A stretch of 64,000 bases of DNA, taken from contig NC_135667.1 in the NCBI RefSeq assembly GCF_964188315.1, forward strand, positions 12,400,001 to 12,464,000, in the 5' to 3' direction. The notes under the pieces are model-generated. The model worked only from the letters and a program-made list of their open reading frames with translations. It did no database searches and was not told the DNA's origin. Of the stretch, positions 34,078 through 47,110 are shown one piece after another. The position numbers and the translations under genes are program-made. The DNA comes from Podarcis muralis. Taxonomy: Eukaryota. Within the stretch, counting starts at the first letter, position 1, and each line of letters opens with the position of its first letter.

Positions 34078-37000
34078 TCAATCCTTTCTTCTTAGTTGCT
34101 CCCTACTATTCAGCTGAGGCCTCATCAGAATAATATAACATTTTGGGGAAAATATACAGCCGAGTAAACCAGCACTGGAGGCTAAGATAGAGAAGATCTC
34201 CACAGCCACCATATATTTTCCTCTTGTGCTCAGATAGGTTGGAACAAAGGACAGCCACACACTGCAAAATACCAGCATGCTGAAGGTGATAAACTTGGCT
34301 TCATTAAAGCTGTCAGGTAACTTCCTGGCTAGGAAGGCTACAGAGAAGCTGACAGTGGCCAGCAAGCCCATAAAGCCCAAGACACAGTAGAACATGGAGA
34401 CTGAGCCTTCATTACATTCCAGAACTATTTCTTTAGTCACAGAGTGCATATCCAAATCTGGGAATGGGGGAGACGTTGCCAGCCACACACAACAAAGAAC
34501 GGCTTGAATCAGGGAGCAGGAAAGAACTATGGAGGTGGCCTGCTGTCTCCCCACCCATTTCCTCATCCTAGAACCTGGTTTGGTGACTCTGAAAGCAAGA
34601 ACCACAATGATCGTCTTGGCCAACACACAAGAAACTGCCACTGAAAAGATGATGCCAAATGCTGTTTGTCGAAGGAGACAGGTCACTTTCTCAGGTCGAC
34701 CGATGAATAGAAGAGCACAAAGGAAAGCAAGAAAGAGGGAGGTGAGGAGAGTGTAGGTGAGGTTCCGGTTGTTGGCTTTGACTATGGGAGTTTCCCGGTG
34801 CTTAATGAAGACCCAAAGCACCAAAGCTGTGATGAAAGAAAGGGAAAGAGCTAAAGCAGTCAAAGTGATCCCCAAAGGTTCTCTATAAGACAAGAAACTG
34901 ATGTCCTTCGGCATGCATGAATCCTGTTCCATGTTTGGGTAATGATCTTGTGGGCACTGAAGGCATTCATCCATGTCTGAAAAATAAATAAATTCAAGCT
35001 TCTATGCATTGCAGCACAATTTTTTTTCTACTAAAATAATCCAAAATAATGACAAAATATTAAATATGAGTTGAAAGGTATAATCCAAAAGATTCTTCTG
35101 CTTCCTTTCCCTATATCCAAGATTCAGCCACATTCAGTGATGATTTGCTTCTTTCTCCCCTCACCCTCCTCAATGCAAGATTTTTGGGTGAAACTCAGTT
35201 AACATGTTATCACTTAACATGAAAATTCTTGAGATTTTACTTTCTCTTTACTTGTATATATGGCAGATTTTCATTGACTAGAAATAACTGATCAATTGAT
35301 CCCTAAAAATAATTGTGGAATATGTTGGTTTTCTGTCAAAAAGAGTAAGTTGATAGGTATAAACTGGTGAGTACTGTGTTCCATAGTCAGAGAAGTGAAA
35401 ATTTCTATATTTAGTTATGCTCCCACGCACACATTATTCCAACCACTTCTTTTAATATATAGTACAAATTTGTAAACATCAACTTGGTGTCTTGTTTATG
35501 ACGAAGTGAAAAAAAAATTTGGGTTAACCTTTCTAAAAAAGCCAGAGTCCTTTTTACTAAGCATCATAGGCAATGACATTCCAAAAAATTTAAGAGAAAT
35601 ATTTTTATATGACACAGCAGCAGCCCAAACATTGATAGCAATGAACTGGAAAGGAGAAAATTCTCCAACTATAATGGATTGGCAAAACAAGTTACAGGAA
35701 TATGTAGAAATGGCGCAAGTGACTAACAGCTTGAGAGGCAACACAAGGCAAGCATTTGCGCAAAAATGGGGAAAATAAAATAGATATTTACGAAATTACA
35801 ACAGTGGTATAAAGCAGTGTTTCCCAACCTTGTGCCTCCAGCTGTTTTTGAACTACAACTCCCATCATCCCTGACTAGCAAGACCAGTGGCAAGGGATGA
35901 TGGGAATTGTAGTCCAAAAACAGCTGGAGGCACAAGGTTGGGAAACACTGGTGTAAAGTCTATAGCAGCATTTGATTGATACTGGATTAATGAAATATAA
36001 ATCAAATAAGTCAAAGGTTAAGTACTGTTCTAAGAATGTATTAGAAAGGAAACAGAGGATAAGCTAATAATGTTAGGTATATTCACAAGCAGAAAGAAAA
36101 TACACATCGGGAAATGATAGGAAGTCCAATTATGTGGTGGTTTTTTTAATCTATGTTAATAAATAGAGAAGAAAACAAGAGATAGTAGAAATATAAATTA
36201 AGTTTATTGTTTGTTAACAAATTCAGTATCTGAAGAAATGTGCATGCACACAAAAGTTCATACCAATAACAAACATAGTTGGTCTCTAAGGTGCTACTGG
36301 AAGGATTTTTTTTATTTTGTTTCAACTATATTTGTTGTATAAGATTGTCAATATAGTATTAAAAAATAATACTAATAAAAGGGAAGGATCAATACACCTC
36401 TAGCTATTTCCAAAAAGTTCTTTTTTGTAACTCTGCAATCTTCAGTTTCCCCTTCAAACAATCATGATATCTTCTTCCGAAAGGGTGATGGTTTTTTCTT
36501 TCCTTTTTGGTGCAAATAATAACCTCAATGACTTGGGACTGCTATGGTTAACTTTATCAGACTTTACCTCATATCAAGAACCACATTTTTCACTGAATTC
36601 TTAACTATTATCTCAACATAATGAAAATGAATGTCTTAATACCTGAGTGAAGGTACATTTGATAGGCTCTAGGCATGATATGCATTACCTGTTTGGTTGG
36701 AAAACTTCCCTTGTGGACACAGAATGCAATCATAGCAGCAAAATGGCTTCCCTTCCTTCTTTGCTTTATAGTAACCCAAAGGGCATTTATCATTACAAAG
36801 AGAAAGGGGCTGCACCTGTCCACAAATGAAAGAAGAGAAGGTTTTCTCTTTTGCAAGCTTGTATATCAACATTGGGAACTATGAATAACTCTGGAAGTAA
36901 TGGATATGGTGCAAAATACGAATGGACCTCACCTGGTTAAAACTGCTGGGCCACACAAAGTCTTCTTCCCAAATCCTCAACACTTCTTCTTGGGGAGCCA

Positions 37001-40000
37001 TGGAGTCTATCTTTCCAACTTTGATTCTCTGAAAGGACTGATTTGGAAATGTGATCCAGTTTATAATATCAAATCCAGCCTCTATCTCTCCATTTTCATT
37101 GAAGGAAACCTTTTCCCCAACAGTGTTATTAAATACTATTCTCTTAACAAAGTGGTTAAGCTAAAGAAAGCGGGGATAAAGAAAAAACAATCAATGGATA
37201 TGTCAAAGGCTGTGGATCATTCCCACTTCATCCCAAAACTCTTGAAAAACTTTACGCCTGGTAATCGTAGATATAGCGAGTGGGAGAAGTGGGAGAAGAC
37301 TATTGCCAGAATGCTCTGCTTGATGGCTTCCCCAAGCTGTCTGCTTGTCTGCTATAGGAAGCCCTTCCTCCTTTGTTCTTAGTGTATTCAGGACATTACC
37401 TTCCACAACTCTTGATTCTGAAGTTTCACTCCTCCATTTACTATCACTCTGTCTTTGTATCTAGATGAATGCATGGCCTGCAATGCATGTGCTACTGCAA
37501 AGGCAGCTGTGTAGACACAGTAGCTGTGGCCAGTCATGCTCATTTCAATAACAGATGCAGGAAGGGTCTCCAACTTCTCTTCTCCACTGCAGATGTCTTT
37601 ATCCTGTAGGTCTACCATAGAGTTGGGCAACTGACACCCAAATGCCTGCTCCCAGAAAACCCTAAGGAAGCCATCTTCTTTCTCTGAAGAAGGGTTTCTC
37701 AACAGAAGAAATTTCTGGAATCCTACAACCTCACTGGAGTGAACAGCAAAGGATATAGCACCATGTAGGAAGCCTAGGTCCCAATCTCTTTGTACAGTAA
37801 AGGAAGTGAACTCCATCTGTGCTGTCATAATCCAAACTTTATCATTTCTCTTTGTTGAGGGAAGCTCATGTGCTAAAACATGGGAGAATGCCCTCAGGAT
37901 GAGCATGGTTTCAATTTCACCATGCATGACCAATGCATTGACAGTGCTCCTCATAATGCTTTCTTTCATTGCAAATCCTTCTTCCACCATCTTCTCAATA
38001 TCACTGGTAAAAGACATTTTGGGAATTCTCGCTATGAAATCAAAGCAGATACCTCTCTGGGAAAATTTGTGGATCACATTTTGTTCAAATCTCTCTCCAT
38101 TGTCATCCTGCCCAGAAATTACTCCAATCCATGTCCACTTGAAATATAGCAGTATCCGGACAATTGCCTCATATTGATGCTCCAAATTTGGGAACATTTG
38201 GTGATAGAAAGCAGCTTGGGTTTTCTTATCTATCACTGCCGGAGAGCCGTATATGATCTAATGGAAATTTTAAAAGTTATGTGAGGAGAAAAAGACCAAT
38301 CAGGTGTGTTCAAAGATTCTGTGGTGTTTTGGAAAGGCATGTAGGAGTGGTGATGCAGAAGTGAGGTCTTTGTAGTGCAAATACACTGTTGATGTCAATA
38401 TGACAGTCCCACTATTGCATTTGTATCAGGCTGACTTCTCTGACATTCCTGCCACCCCATCTGAAGCACTGTAATGACATCAGTTCAGGGAGGTTAGGTA
38501 AGCACCCCTATCTGACCCTGCCATTACTGGTTGCTGCTCCACCAGGCCACAGAGTGTGAACAATACTTTAGATGATACTTTAAAATTTTCATTTTTATAT
38601 TAGCACTTTCCTTCCAGCTATTTAAGATCTATTTTGAGGAGTGCATGGTGATTGGCAGGAAGCAATCAGGTTGGAATTGGAGCCAGGTCCTGGACTTCCG
38701 GGGAGAAGCCATAGCAGGTTGGTTGCATCTGTCATGAGCTCTTGACAGATGTAATAAAGTGGTGATTAATGATAGAGCAGTGATGGGAAACTGAGGGTTG
38801 GCCTCCTTCACCCCAAAATCTTAGGCTTCAAAAAGCAAGAAAGTATTGCAGACAAGTTTAAATGTAATAAACCAGAAGGGGAAGTTGAGGGAAGTCAGGT
38901 GGGGTGGTGGTGCAGGGAATTTAATTAGTTATTATTTGTCATGATGTGATTATGGAAAAAACAATAATGTAAAACTCAATAAAAATATTTTTTTAAAAAG
39001 AGAGCCTGTCTTCTCCTCCTGCCTCCCTCCATCTCTGTGCAGGCGAAGCTCTTGCTGGTCCTGATCCCACCTTCCCTCGTCAGAGACCCGGCTCCTTCTC
39101 ACCTCTCTCCTCTCCCCCCCCCCCAGCACCTCTCTCTGTCTCTTCTCAAACCAGCTGGGCTGCAGAGCTCTTTCAAACCCAGCTTTGGAGCCGTTGTCTT
39201 TCTGGTTGTTGAGGAGCATGCTGTGCTCCAGCTGCCTTGGGCCCGCCATTGACCCAGTTCAATCCCGTGATCGACTGACCAATCAGGATCGACGGGTCGG
39301 ACATAGAGGATGTATGACAAGCTGTCTGATGGAGAAGGAATTCCTTCTCCTTTGATCTCCCCCTTAATTTAAATTGAGTACTACTAGCTTTTAGCTAAGC
39401 AGCTCCAACCCCTGTCTTTATAACTGATTTGATTAAACAGAACTTCTGATTCTAATGATTTATTTGTTCTTCCAAACAGATGCATCAGACAAAATAACTA
39501 CGTGTCTCCTCCTCCTGATTTGCTGCAATCTTACGCAGAGAAATAGAGTAAGAACAATGAACACAGAACAACCATCAACGGAGAGAAATTTGAAGACAGA
39601 GAGGTCACTTCTGCAACAGCGATGAAGGAAGCAGTTAATGACAAAGTACAAAATCCACACTCTGCATTTGAGAAAATGCCTTTGACAGTATCGAAAATCA
39701 TCTAGAGAAAAACAAAAATGAAGCTACGGTACTGAGTATGAAAAAGAAAAGAAAATCCTTCTACAAACTAACAAAGAGTTAACTGACCTCCTTGATCACT
39801 AAGAAAATATGAGGAGACCTTGGATTTAATATTCTAAGACACTACAGAAGATAAAGCAGGAGATTAAAAAAAAACTTAATAACATGATGAGCAACAGAAA
39901 TTCCAGAAGTCCTCATTACAGTAAGATATAGAAATTGTTCATAGCAGTCTAGCTTCCAATCAAAATAAGTTCAGTATTTTCCCATGATATTGTTTTTTTG

Positions 40001-42162
40001 CTTTGACAAATTTATAACAAAATGGCAGTTATTTCATCCTGCAATCCATAGAAATAATATGATTTACTTCCACTATGCAGAGGAGGGCAGTTTCAAAATT
40101 TTCATCTATTATTGGCTTTCTCACCTACAGTTTACTGTTGTACCTTTACAGGCTACCACAATTTAAATATTGTGTTACAGGATTCAATAATTACATTGGA
40201 ATTCCGCTTAAGATCCTTTGGATATTGTTCCTTGTTATTCTTAATGTTCTATTTTATTTTTTGAACACTTGCAACCTCGACTGGACACAACTGAAAGCAA
40301 TATATCTGCTGATCATTTTGAGTTTGGTAATCTTTTTTACTATATGTTGGAACTTGTTATTTATTTGACCGTGTTGCATGAAATACCTCACTTTCAATTA
40401 TCTATTTTATATGTCTGACGTTATCCAAGGTCATACCTTGAAATGTTAAAGGTTTTAGCAATCAAAGTGCATGCATCTTATCTGTGGAATCTTATGCACA
40501 ATACTGGATACCAATTGCTGTGAAGTGTGGAGAGTGATGTTGTGCTCATGTCCTGCTTGTGGGCTTCCCAAAGGCATTTGATTGGCCACTTTGAGAACAG
40601 AATGCAGGATTAGATAGGCTCCTGACTTGATGCAGAAGGAGTTTTTTAATACTCTGACTTCTGGAAGCCTCACATGACAAAACATTGCAAATAAAACTTC
40701 TGAAAGGAAACAGATGAGCAAATGCCTTGTTACCCTTTTCTACTGCATTCATACATCTTACCTGTGGAATCTTATAGATGCTTGGGATATCTCCCACGTG
40801 GTGACAGACTTCAGAGACAGGTCCCCCAATGACTGCTCCTGGATTGTTCTGTCTATTACATTTGTAGTTGGGGGTTAATTTGCCCAGTGTGGAGAAGAGT
40901 TCCAGTGAGGCATGATAGGTCCACCTTGCCTCAAAATAGCTGTTATAGATATGGAATCCCAGGGTGACATTCGGTAAAATGTGTGGGTTTTCATTGATCT
41001 CCTTGACAGCAAATATCAAGGCCAGGATATGTTGGTAGATGTGGGTCATCACCCTGCAAACAGAGTTACTTGCACTATGAGAGTGGATTTGCTGCCAAAT
41101 ATGACATATGCTTCTCTTAAGTTCCATGCATTATTACTGAATACATTACAGTATAATGGTTCAGATCTAAGTATGCATGAGGAGCTATTGTTACATGCAG
41201 TTGTGCTCACCAGCACAATGCTGATACAGCCCTCAGAACATCTTGGGAATTCCTCACAGTCCAATAGCTCTGCAGATTTTCAAGGTATTTGATTACATAC
41301 CATGCTATTCGGCATCAGTCATATTCAGAGTAAACTCACTGAAATAGTTGAACTTAGTATCCCAATTCTCTTCATTTCAATGGGTTTACTCTGAATATGA
41401 CTTAGCTGACTATCACCTTTCGTGTTGTTCTTCAAAACGGGGTCAAATATAAATAAAATCAAATGTAATGAAAAATAACTTAGGAACATAGGATGCTGCC
41501 CTCTAGCTTAGTAGTGTTTACACTAGTTGGTCATGGGTCTCTGACATTTTCTCTGCCCTACCTCAAGATGTCAGGGATTTGAAACAGAGACCTTCTCTGG
41601 ACAATGAAGATGCTCTATGTTGAAGTGACAGCAACTTCCACTTATCAATACTTTCACAGCAAATAAGAAACAATCCAGAGAAAGCAATAAACATAGTAAT
41701 AAAAAAGGACCAAAATCAAAAATAATCCTCATCTCCAGTCACTGCTCTCTCGTGGTTTCTTCCTTACAACCTGGAAATTCTTAAATACTCCTAAGCAGTA
41801 TTATCATCTCAAAGCTGAAGGGTAATGTGGCATAGCTAGGACAGAAACAGGGCATTCAGATACATGGTGTTACAAAGGAACTTTAAAAAACCAAAGACTT
41901 ACACAGTGTCTTCAAAGATGTCATTAGAAGGCAATTTTCTGAAAGAGATTGGAATGGAAAATCTATATATCTGAGCTATAATGCTGGCAATGATGAAGTC
42001 TCCTGGTTGGTAGAACTTGTGGAGAATAGGAAGAGAGTTGCTGACACTGCATTTGATGTCAGGCGTCTTGTATGCCACCAGAGGCAAAAAGACCAGGACT
42101 GCCAATGGCAGTAGCTTCTGTGAAATAATTCCTTCACTACACCCATTCTGTTGCCTCCACAT
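34078..42162 (-). CDS. Vomeronasal type-2 receptor (class C GPCR), V2R-1, apparently intact six-exon gene of ~887 aa
   Basis: Exons 42162-41903, 41053-40762, 38257-37400, 37160-36933, 36815-36689 and 34976-34078, all GT/AG and in phase. [59 protein letters not shown] motifs. Start codon uncertain (first in-frame ATG used). Confidence 0.9.
35470..36170 (+). mobile_element. L1-clade LINE 3' fragment in V2R-1 intron 5
   Basis: ORF 35506-35778 ([27 protein letters not shown]) matches an L1 ORF2 C-terminus; split by a MITE. Confidence 0.7.
35815..35950. mobile_element. hAT MITE
   Basis: TIR cagtgtttcccaacctt ... aaggttgggaaacactg; TSD gtataaag / gtgtaaag. Confidence 0.85.
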
Positions 42163-43019
42163 TATACCTAACTGGGTTCTGTGCTGAGTCCCACAGCCTG
42201 ATTTGAATGGCCCCACACAGGATGATGTGTGGCTCTGACTGTGCCATCTAATATGTCCATTGATCAGATTTACGAAACCCTCACACCAAATTGGATGGGG
42301 GATAGTTATGGAATCCTTGTGTCTTTTGTGTTTTTGTCATGGTTACTACAGCTGCCTTGAGACCTGGAGAAGTAGCAGCATGTAATCAAAATTAATTAGA
42401 TAATTATAAGGGAGGTAAGAGCCTATTCAGAATTACAATTTTTGTGAGACCTTGCAAAATAAACCGTGTATCTCCCCGGGATAGCAAGAGATATTGAGGC
42501 ATCTACTGATTCACATCAACAAAAGGCCTTCAGTATAATGAGATATTCAGAAGAAGAAAGTACCACAAGAGAAGTCTGCATTTGGCTTCAAAGTTGACAT
42601 TTTATTCATTTATTCATTAATATTATTGCATCTTTATTTTTAGACATAGACATAGAAACAAACCAAAGGGGTAGAAACAAAAAGTTTTAAAGCCCTCGGG
42701 ACACAGATTCCAAGCTGAGCTGAGTGTTTTATCAACCAGTCGAGAAGGAGCGGAGAGTTTGGAGTTTGACCCTTACGGTTAAACTGTCAAATAGGAATTG
42801 GGAAGCACTTAGACAGAGCTTAAACGTAAGATATGGCTCAGACAGGGATTAAATTAGAGCCTCAAAAGGGCTTTATTGGGGGCTAGCTAGGCAGGGTAAC
42901 CTAGATTATGAAAGTTCCTAGAAGGGGCTGCCACTGGGTTCCTGGCTTCATGAAGCACAATAGAGAAAAATCTATGAGAAATCAGTTGAATCCTGAACAT
43001 TTTAAGTGAGAGTTTTAAG

Positions 43020-44253
43020 GGTGGACTAAACTCAACTCCAATTTTATGAAATATCCTATTATCCTGGAGACTATTAAAGCACCTATAAAAATTTGGATGA
43101 ATATAAATAAAAATAATAAGGATGACTCCTATCAGCTTGAGAAATTAACAATATGGGCCAACGCAAAATTAAAAATTGGAAATCAAGTAATAATTTGGCA
43201 AAATTGGATAAAAAATGGTATTTTGACATTGAATCAATTAATTGATGGAAATTACAAATTTGTGGAGTATAAGACTTTGCAAGTAAAGTACGGATTAACC
43301 AGTGAAACACAATGGCAATACATCCAGTTGAAACATACGTTGGAAAGGCAGTTTGGCCCTGACGCTATTGCAGCATTGGAAACACCCATGCTGCTACAAG
43401 ATTTAATCTCTGCAACAAAAACAAAAAACTCTGCACTTGCACTATATAAAACCCTACTCAACATGAAGAAATATGATTTAGAATATGACAGACAAAAATG
43501 GAGTGAAGAGTTAGGGGTACAGATAACAAATGATATATGGGAGTCAAGTATAAAATCAACAGAAATAGCCTCTATGGGTCTAAGACTGAGACTTATTCAA
43601 CAGAAAATAATATTCAGAGTCCACTGGATTCCAGCAAAACTATACCAGAAGAAAATAACAAGTGCAGACAACTGCTGGAGATGTGGGAGTAAAAATGTGA
43701 ACTTAATATATATGATGATTAACTGCCCAATGATAAGATCATTTTGGTGCGAGGTGAGGATATTTATAGCAAGAGTAATTAAAAATAAATTGTTATTTAG
43801 GGGAATTGAATTTAATTCTAAATTATATTCCGGAAACATGGGAGATTTCAAGGGGTCAAAAATAAAATAAAATGGATGTACTGTTAGAAGCAAAAAAAAA
43901 AACTTGTTTTGAGGAATTGGAAGAGCTGCAAAAAGATTCCATTGAGCACATGGATTGATAATATGGACAGATTAGCTATATACGAACGAATTACAAGTCG
44001 ACGCCAAACAAGAATGGATAGATATGAAGAAATCTGGAACGAATATTTAAGCGATAAGGTGGATAGTGGTGGGAAGAAGGGGGAGGAGAGAGAGGTGGGA
44101 AAATATGGTTTAAAAAGGTGTAGTCATAGGTATATCAGTGTATCCAAATCTGAACTGTCAAATTGTGTTATTATTGTTATTATGGTTTTTGTTGTATGTG
44201 TCTTTTGCGGTTGTTTGTATCGAAAAAATGATTAAATAATTTTTTAAAAAAAT
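43020..44253 (+). mobile_element. 5'-truncated L1/Tx1-clade LINE
   Basis: 274-aa ORF 43046-43870 with CWRCG..YMMINC zinc-knuckle relic, continuing after a frameshift; A-rich tail; 14-bp TSD gtgagagttttaag (43006-43019, 44254-44267). Confidence 0.85.
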
Positions 44254-46886
44254 GTGAGAGTTTTAAGTAATGTTCTTCACCATCTCTGTAAAGAGTTTTG
44301 ACTGAAACAAAATGTTAGTGTCTTATCAGAATAACAATTATGTCATAACCCTTACCACGTTTGTTTAAATGAAATTCCAGATTGGTTTAGATTATTGCAG
44401 CTTTAGGATGTAGCTTAAATAAGTGTGTCCCCTGACGCTTGCCCTTCTTGGCTCTTAGAGTTTGTCATAGAGGGTTGACTGTGGGTCCAGGCACTGATTT
44501 GTATTATTAGTATCAACCACAAGTTTCATTTCAATCATATTCCTAACCTACCCAGTTTTCCAACTCCTCCCTCCCTCAATAGTTATTCCACATTCTGTAA
44601 TGTTTTTATTTTTTCTGAAAACATTTGTATGTTGTCGAGCTTATACAAACATCTGCTTCCAGGTTCCCAGTTGAGCTAGCTGACCAGGTTGGGGAGGTTA
44701 CACTACGTAGCCCTGACTGATCTGGGATGAGAATATTGTTCCGGCAGAGCTCAGCAAGAGCATTCCAAGGTCCACCTATTCCAAACCCTTTCTTCTCAGC
44801 AGATTTTGGGTCCCAAGCAGTGAGAGAGAATGGAGGAACTCGGCAATATTTACTGATAGAAATAACCTGGTCTGCATATTCAGAGAATTGCAAAATTCCG
44901 TTTGTCTCTAACATCAGCCAAACCCGTAGTAGCTCAACTGAAATGAATAGTCATGATTAAATAAGCTCCATGCATTTTTGGGAGTTTTATTGAAGCAGAA
45001 TTTAGTTAGATCCAGCCCTAAATTCCTATCCATACAATATTCAATTCAATTCATTTTCATGTATATGGACAAAAAGTAACACAAAGGCATATATAATATT
45101 TATTTATTGCACTGAGTGTAGAGTTCAACTAGCACAAATGTGGCTGAGAAAGCAATGTACTACCAGGGAGTCAGAAGATTTTTCAGGACTGCAGTTGGAT
45201 CAGCTAATAACTGGGATGAGATTAGGGCCTGGAAAGAGCTTTATTAGGGGTTAGTTAGGCAGGGCAACCTAGAATATGAATCAGTTTATTCCCGAACACG
45301 TTAAAGTGAGAGTTTTAAGTTATTGTCTCTGTAAAGCGTTTTGGCAGAAACAAAGTGTTTCAGAGTAACAATTAAGCTATAACCCTAATCAAAAGTGTTT
45401 AATGAAATTTCAGGCTTGTTTAGGTTATTGCAGCTTTGGGATGTAGACAAGCTGCTTTAATAAGTCTGCTCCCTTGACCATGGCCCAACTTGGCTTCCTA
45501 GAATGTATCATAGAGGGTTGACCGTGTGGGACCAGGCACTGATTATTATTAGTACTTACCATCAAACAGTCAGCCTACCACTCCTGCACATAGATAGATT
45601 GAAGCCAAGAGGACACAGAAATACATTTAAAACATCCTGCCCACTTCTAAAAGGCCACAGATAGTTAAAGGCTAAAGGCCTGGTTATGGAGGAAAACTTT
45701 GGACTGCCGCCTCCTTAGAGATAGCATTCCACAAACAAGCAGCTGCAGAAAAAGTCCATTCTCGTGTTGCTACCCTCTGGGCCTCTCATGGAGGAGAAAC
45801 GTGAAGATGGGCCTCATATTATGGTAGCAGGGTCCTGGTTAGTTCATACGAGGAAATGCAGTTTTTGAGGTATTGTGGTTCTGTTCCACTGAAGGTTTTA
45901 TAACTCAAAACCAGCAGTCTGATTGTTCCTGATCTCCAGCAAAAGCATTATATAGGCTTTCCCTTCCCTTTGCAAGGGCTCATGGGACATCTTTTTCCCA
46001 TGAGTCTTTTGCACGGAGAAGGTACTGGGCAAAACCTTGCCCAGCATTTTGCTGCAATCTATGGGCCACCAGCACTGCCAGGCAAAGGCATCACACACTT
46101 ATTGGGTGCAGAACATGGCTTAGTGGTATAAAGTGACTATGAATTTAAGATATAAAGTTAGTAATGAAGAAGCTTGACAGTGTACTGGTAGTAGCAATAG
46201 GGTGCTTGCTCAGGAACAATGCTTGATATAACTTGCAATCCATCTTGATGGGGAACATTGGCAGAAAGTGATTCAAAATCTATTTATGTTGTGGTTGTTC
46301 CCCCTAGGAAATATTTAAGAGTTTTATATACATACTAATGCAGAGATAGAATTGCTGTGCAGAGTTGCCTTATATATATATATAGCATACCAAGCACTAG
46401 GGCAGTGCAGGAGTTGCAGTGCATGGCTAAATGGAAACAACTGGGGTTTGGCTGATGTGACATTAAAGGAAATGAAAAGGTACAGATTGGAGGGGAAAAC
46501 TGGAAGCTAAAAATTTCCTCTCCTGGGGGTGGAAGAGTAGTAGAACAAGAGTTTCACAGTAACTTTTGGGTGAGAGATTGAAGTTGCAGCTGTGTTTGGG
46601 GTTCCTTGCAATAAATCAAGAAAGTGTGTGTGTAGAAATATTTTCATGAGAGAGAGAAACTTCCCAATTAAAAACAAAATATATTTCCTTGTAGGGGTAC
46701 ACTTCTGAAGAATTGTGCTTCCTGAAGAGGTAGTAAGCTGGAAAAATATATAGCTGTACAGTTTTGCCACTGCACAGCTTGTGGGTGGTTATGAGAGGTT
46801 CTCTAGAAAATTGGATTCAGATGACTCAAGTTCTTCTATTTGGGAAGTGGCATTGGATGGCTGGACAGTGTTCTTGAAGCTACCAG

Positions 46887-46999
46887 CATGAGTTTGACCA
46901 AACTATGGGAGGCAGTGGAAGACAGAAGTGCCTGGCGTGCTCTGGTCCATGGGGTCATGAAGAGTCGGACACGACTAAACAACTAAACAACAACAACAA
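46887..46999 (+). mobile_element. BovB/RTE 3'-terminal fragment
   Basis: Matches the 3' end of the element at 61138-61260 (gagtcggacacgactaaac) with a (CAA)n tail. Confidence 0.9.
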
Positions 47000-47110
47000 A
47001 TTAATTCTTTCCATGAGAAGTGAGATTGTACCCAAGGTGACCGAGGCTAAGAAAATAAAGAGGCACATTCGAACGAGCATGAACTTCAGCTGAACTGGGG
47101 CTTTGTACTT

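Larger units (their letters stand above)
20766..36778. repeat. Tandem segmental duplication: copy A 20766-26908 (internally deleted) and copy B 26905-36778
   Basis: Colinear similarity 20766-25505 vs 26905-31855 (includes both ORs) and 25508-25567 plus 26731-26908 vs 36555-36778; CCCA shared at the junction. Confidence 0.85.

Noticed and set aside
42085-42162. Claim that V2R-1 lost its ATG (TTG before AVLVFLPLV) and is a pseudogene
   Set aside because: An in-frame upstream ATG exists and the hydrophobic stretch is retained; cannot decide from sequence alone
45570-46100. Possible LTR or ERV fragment
   Set aside because: No termini, TSD or coding similarity that I could support
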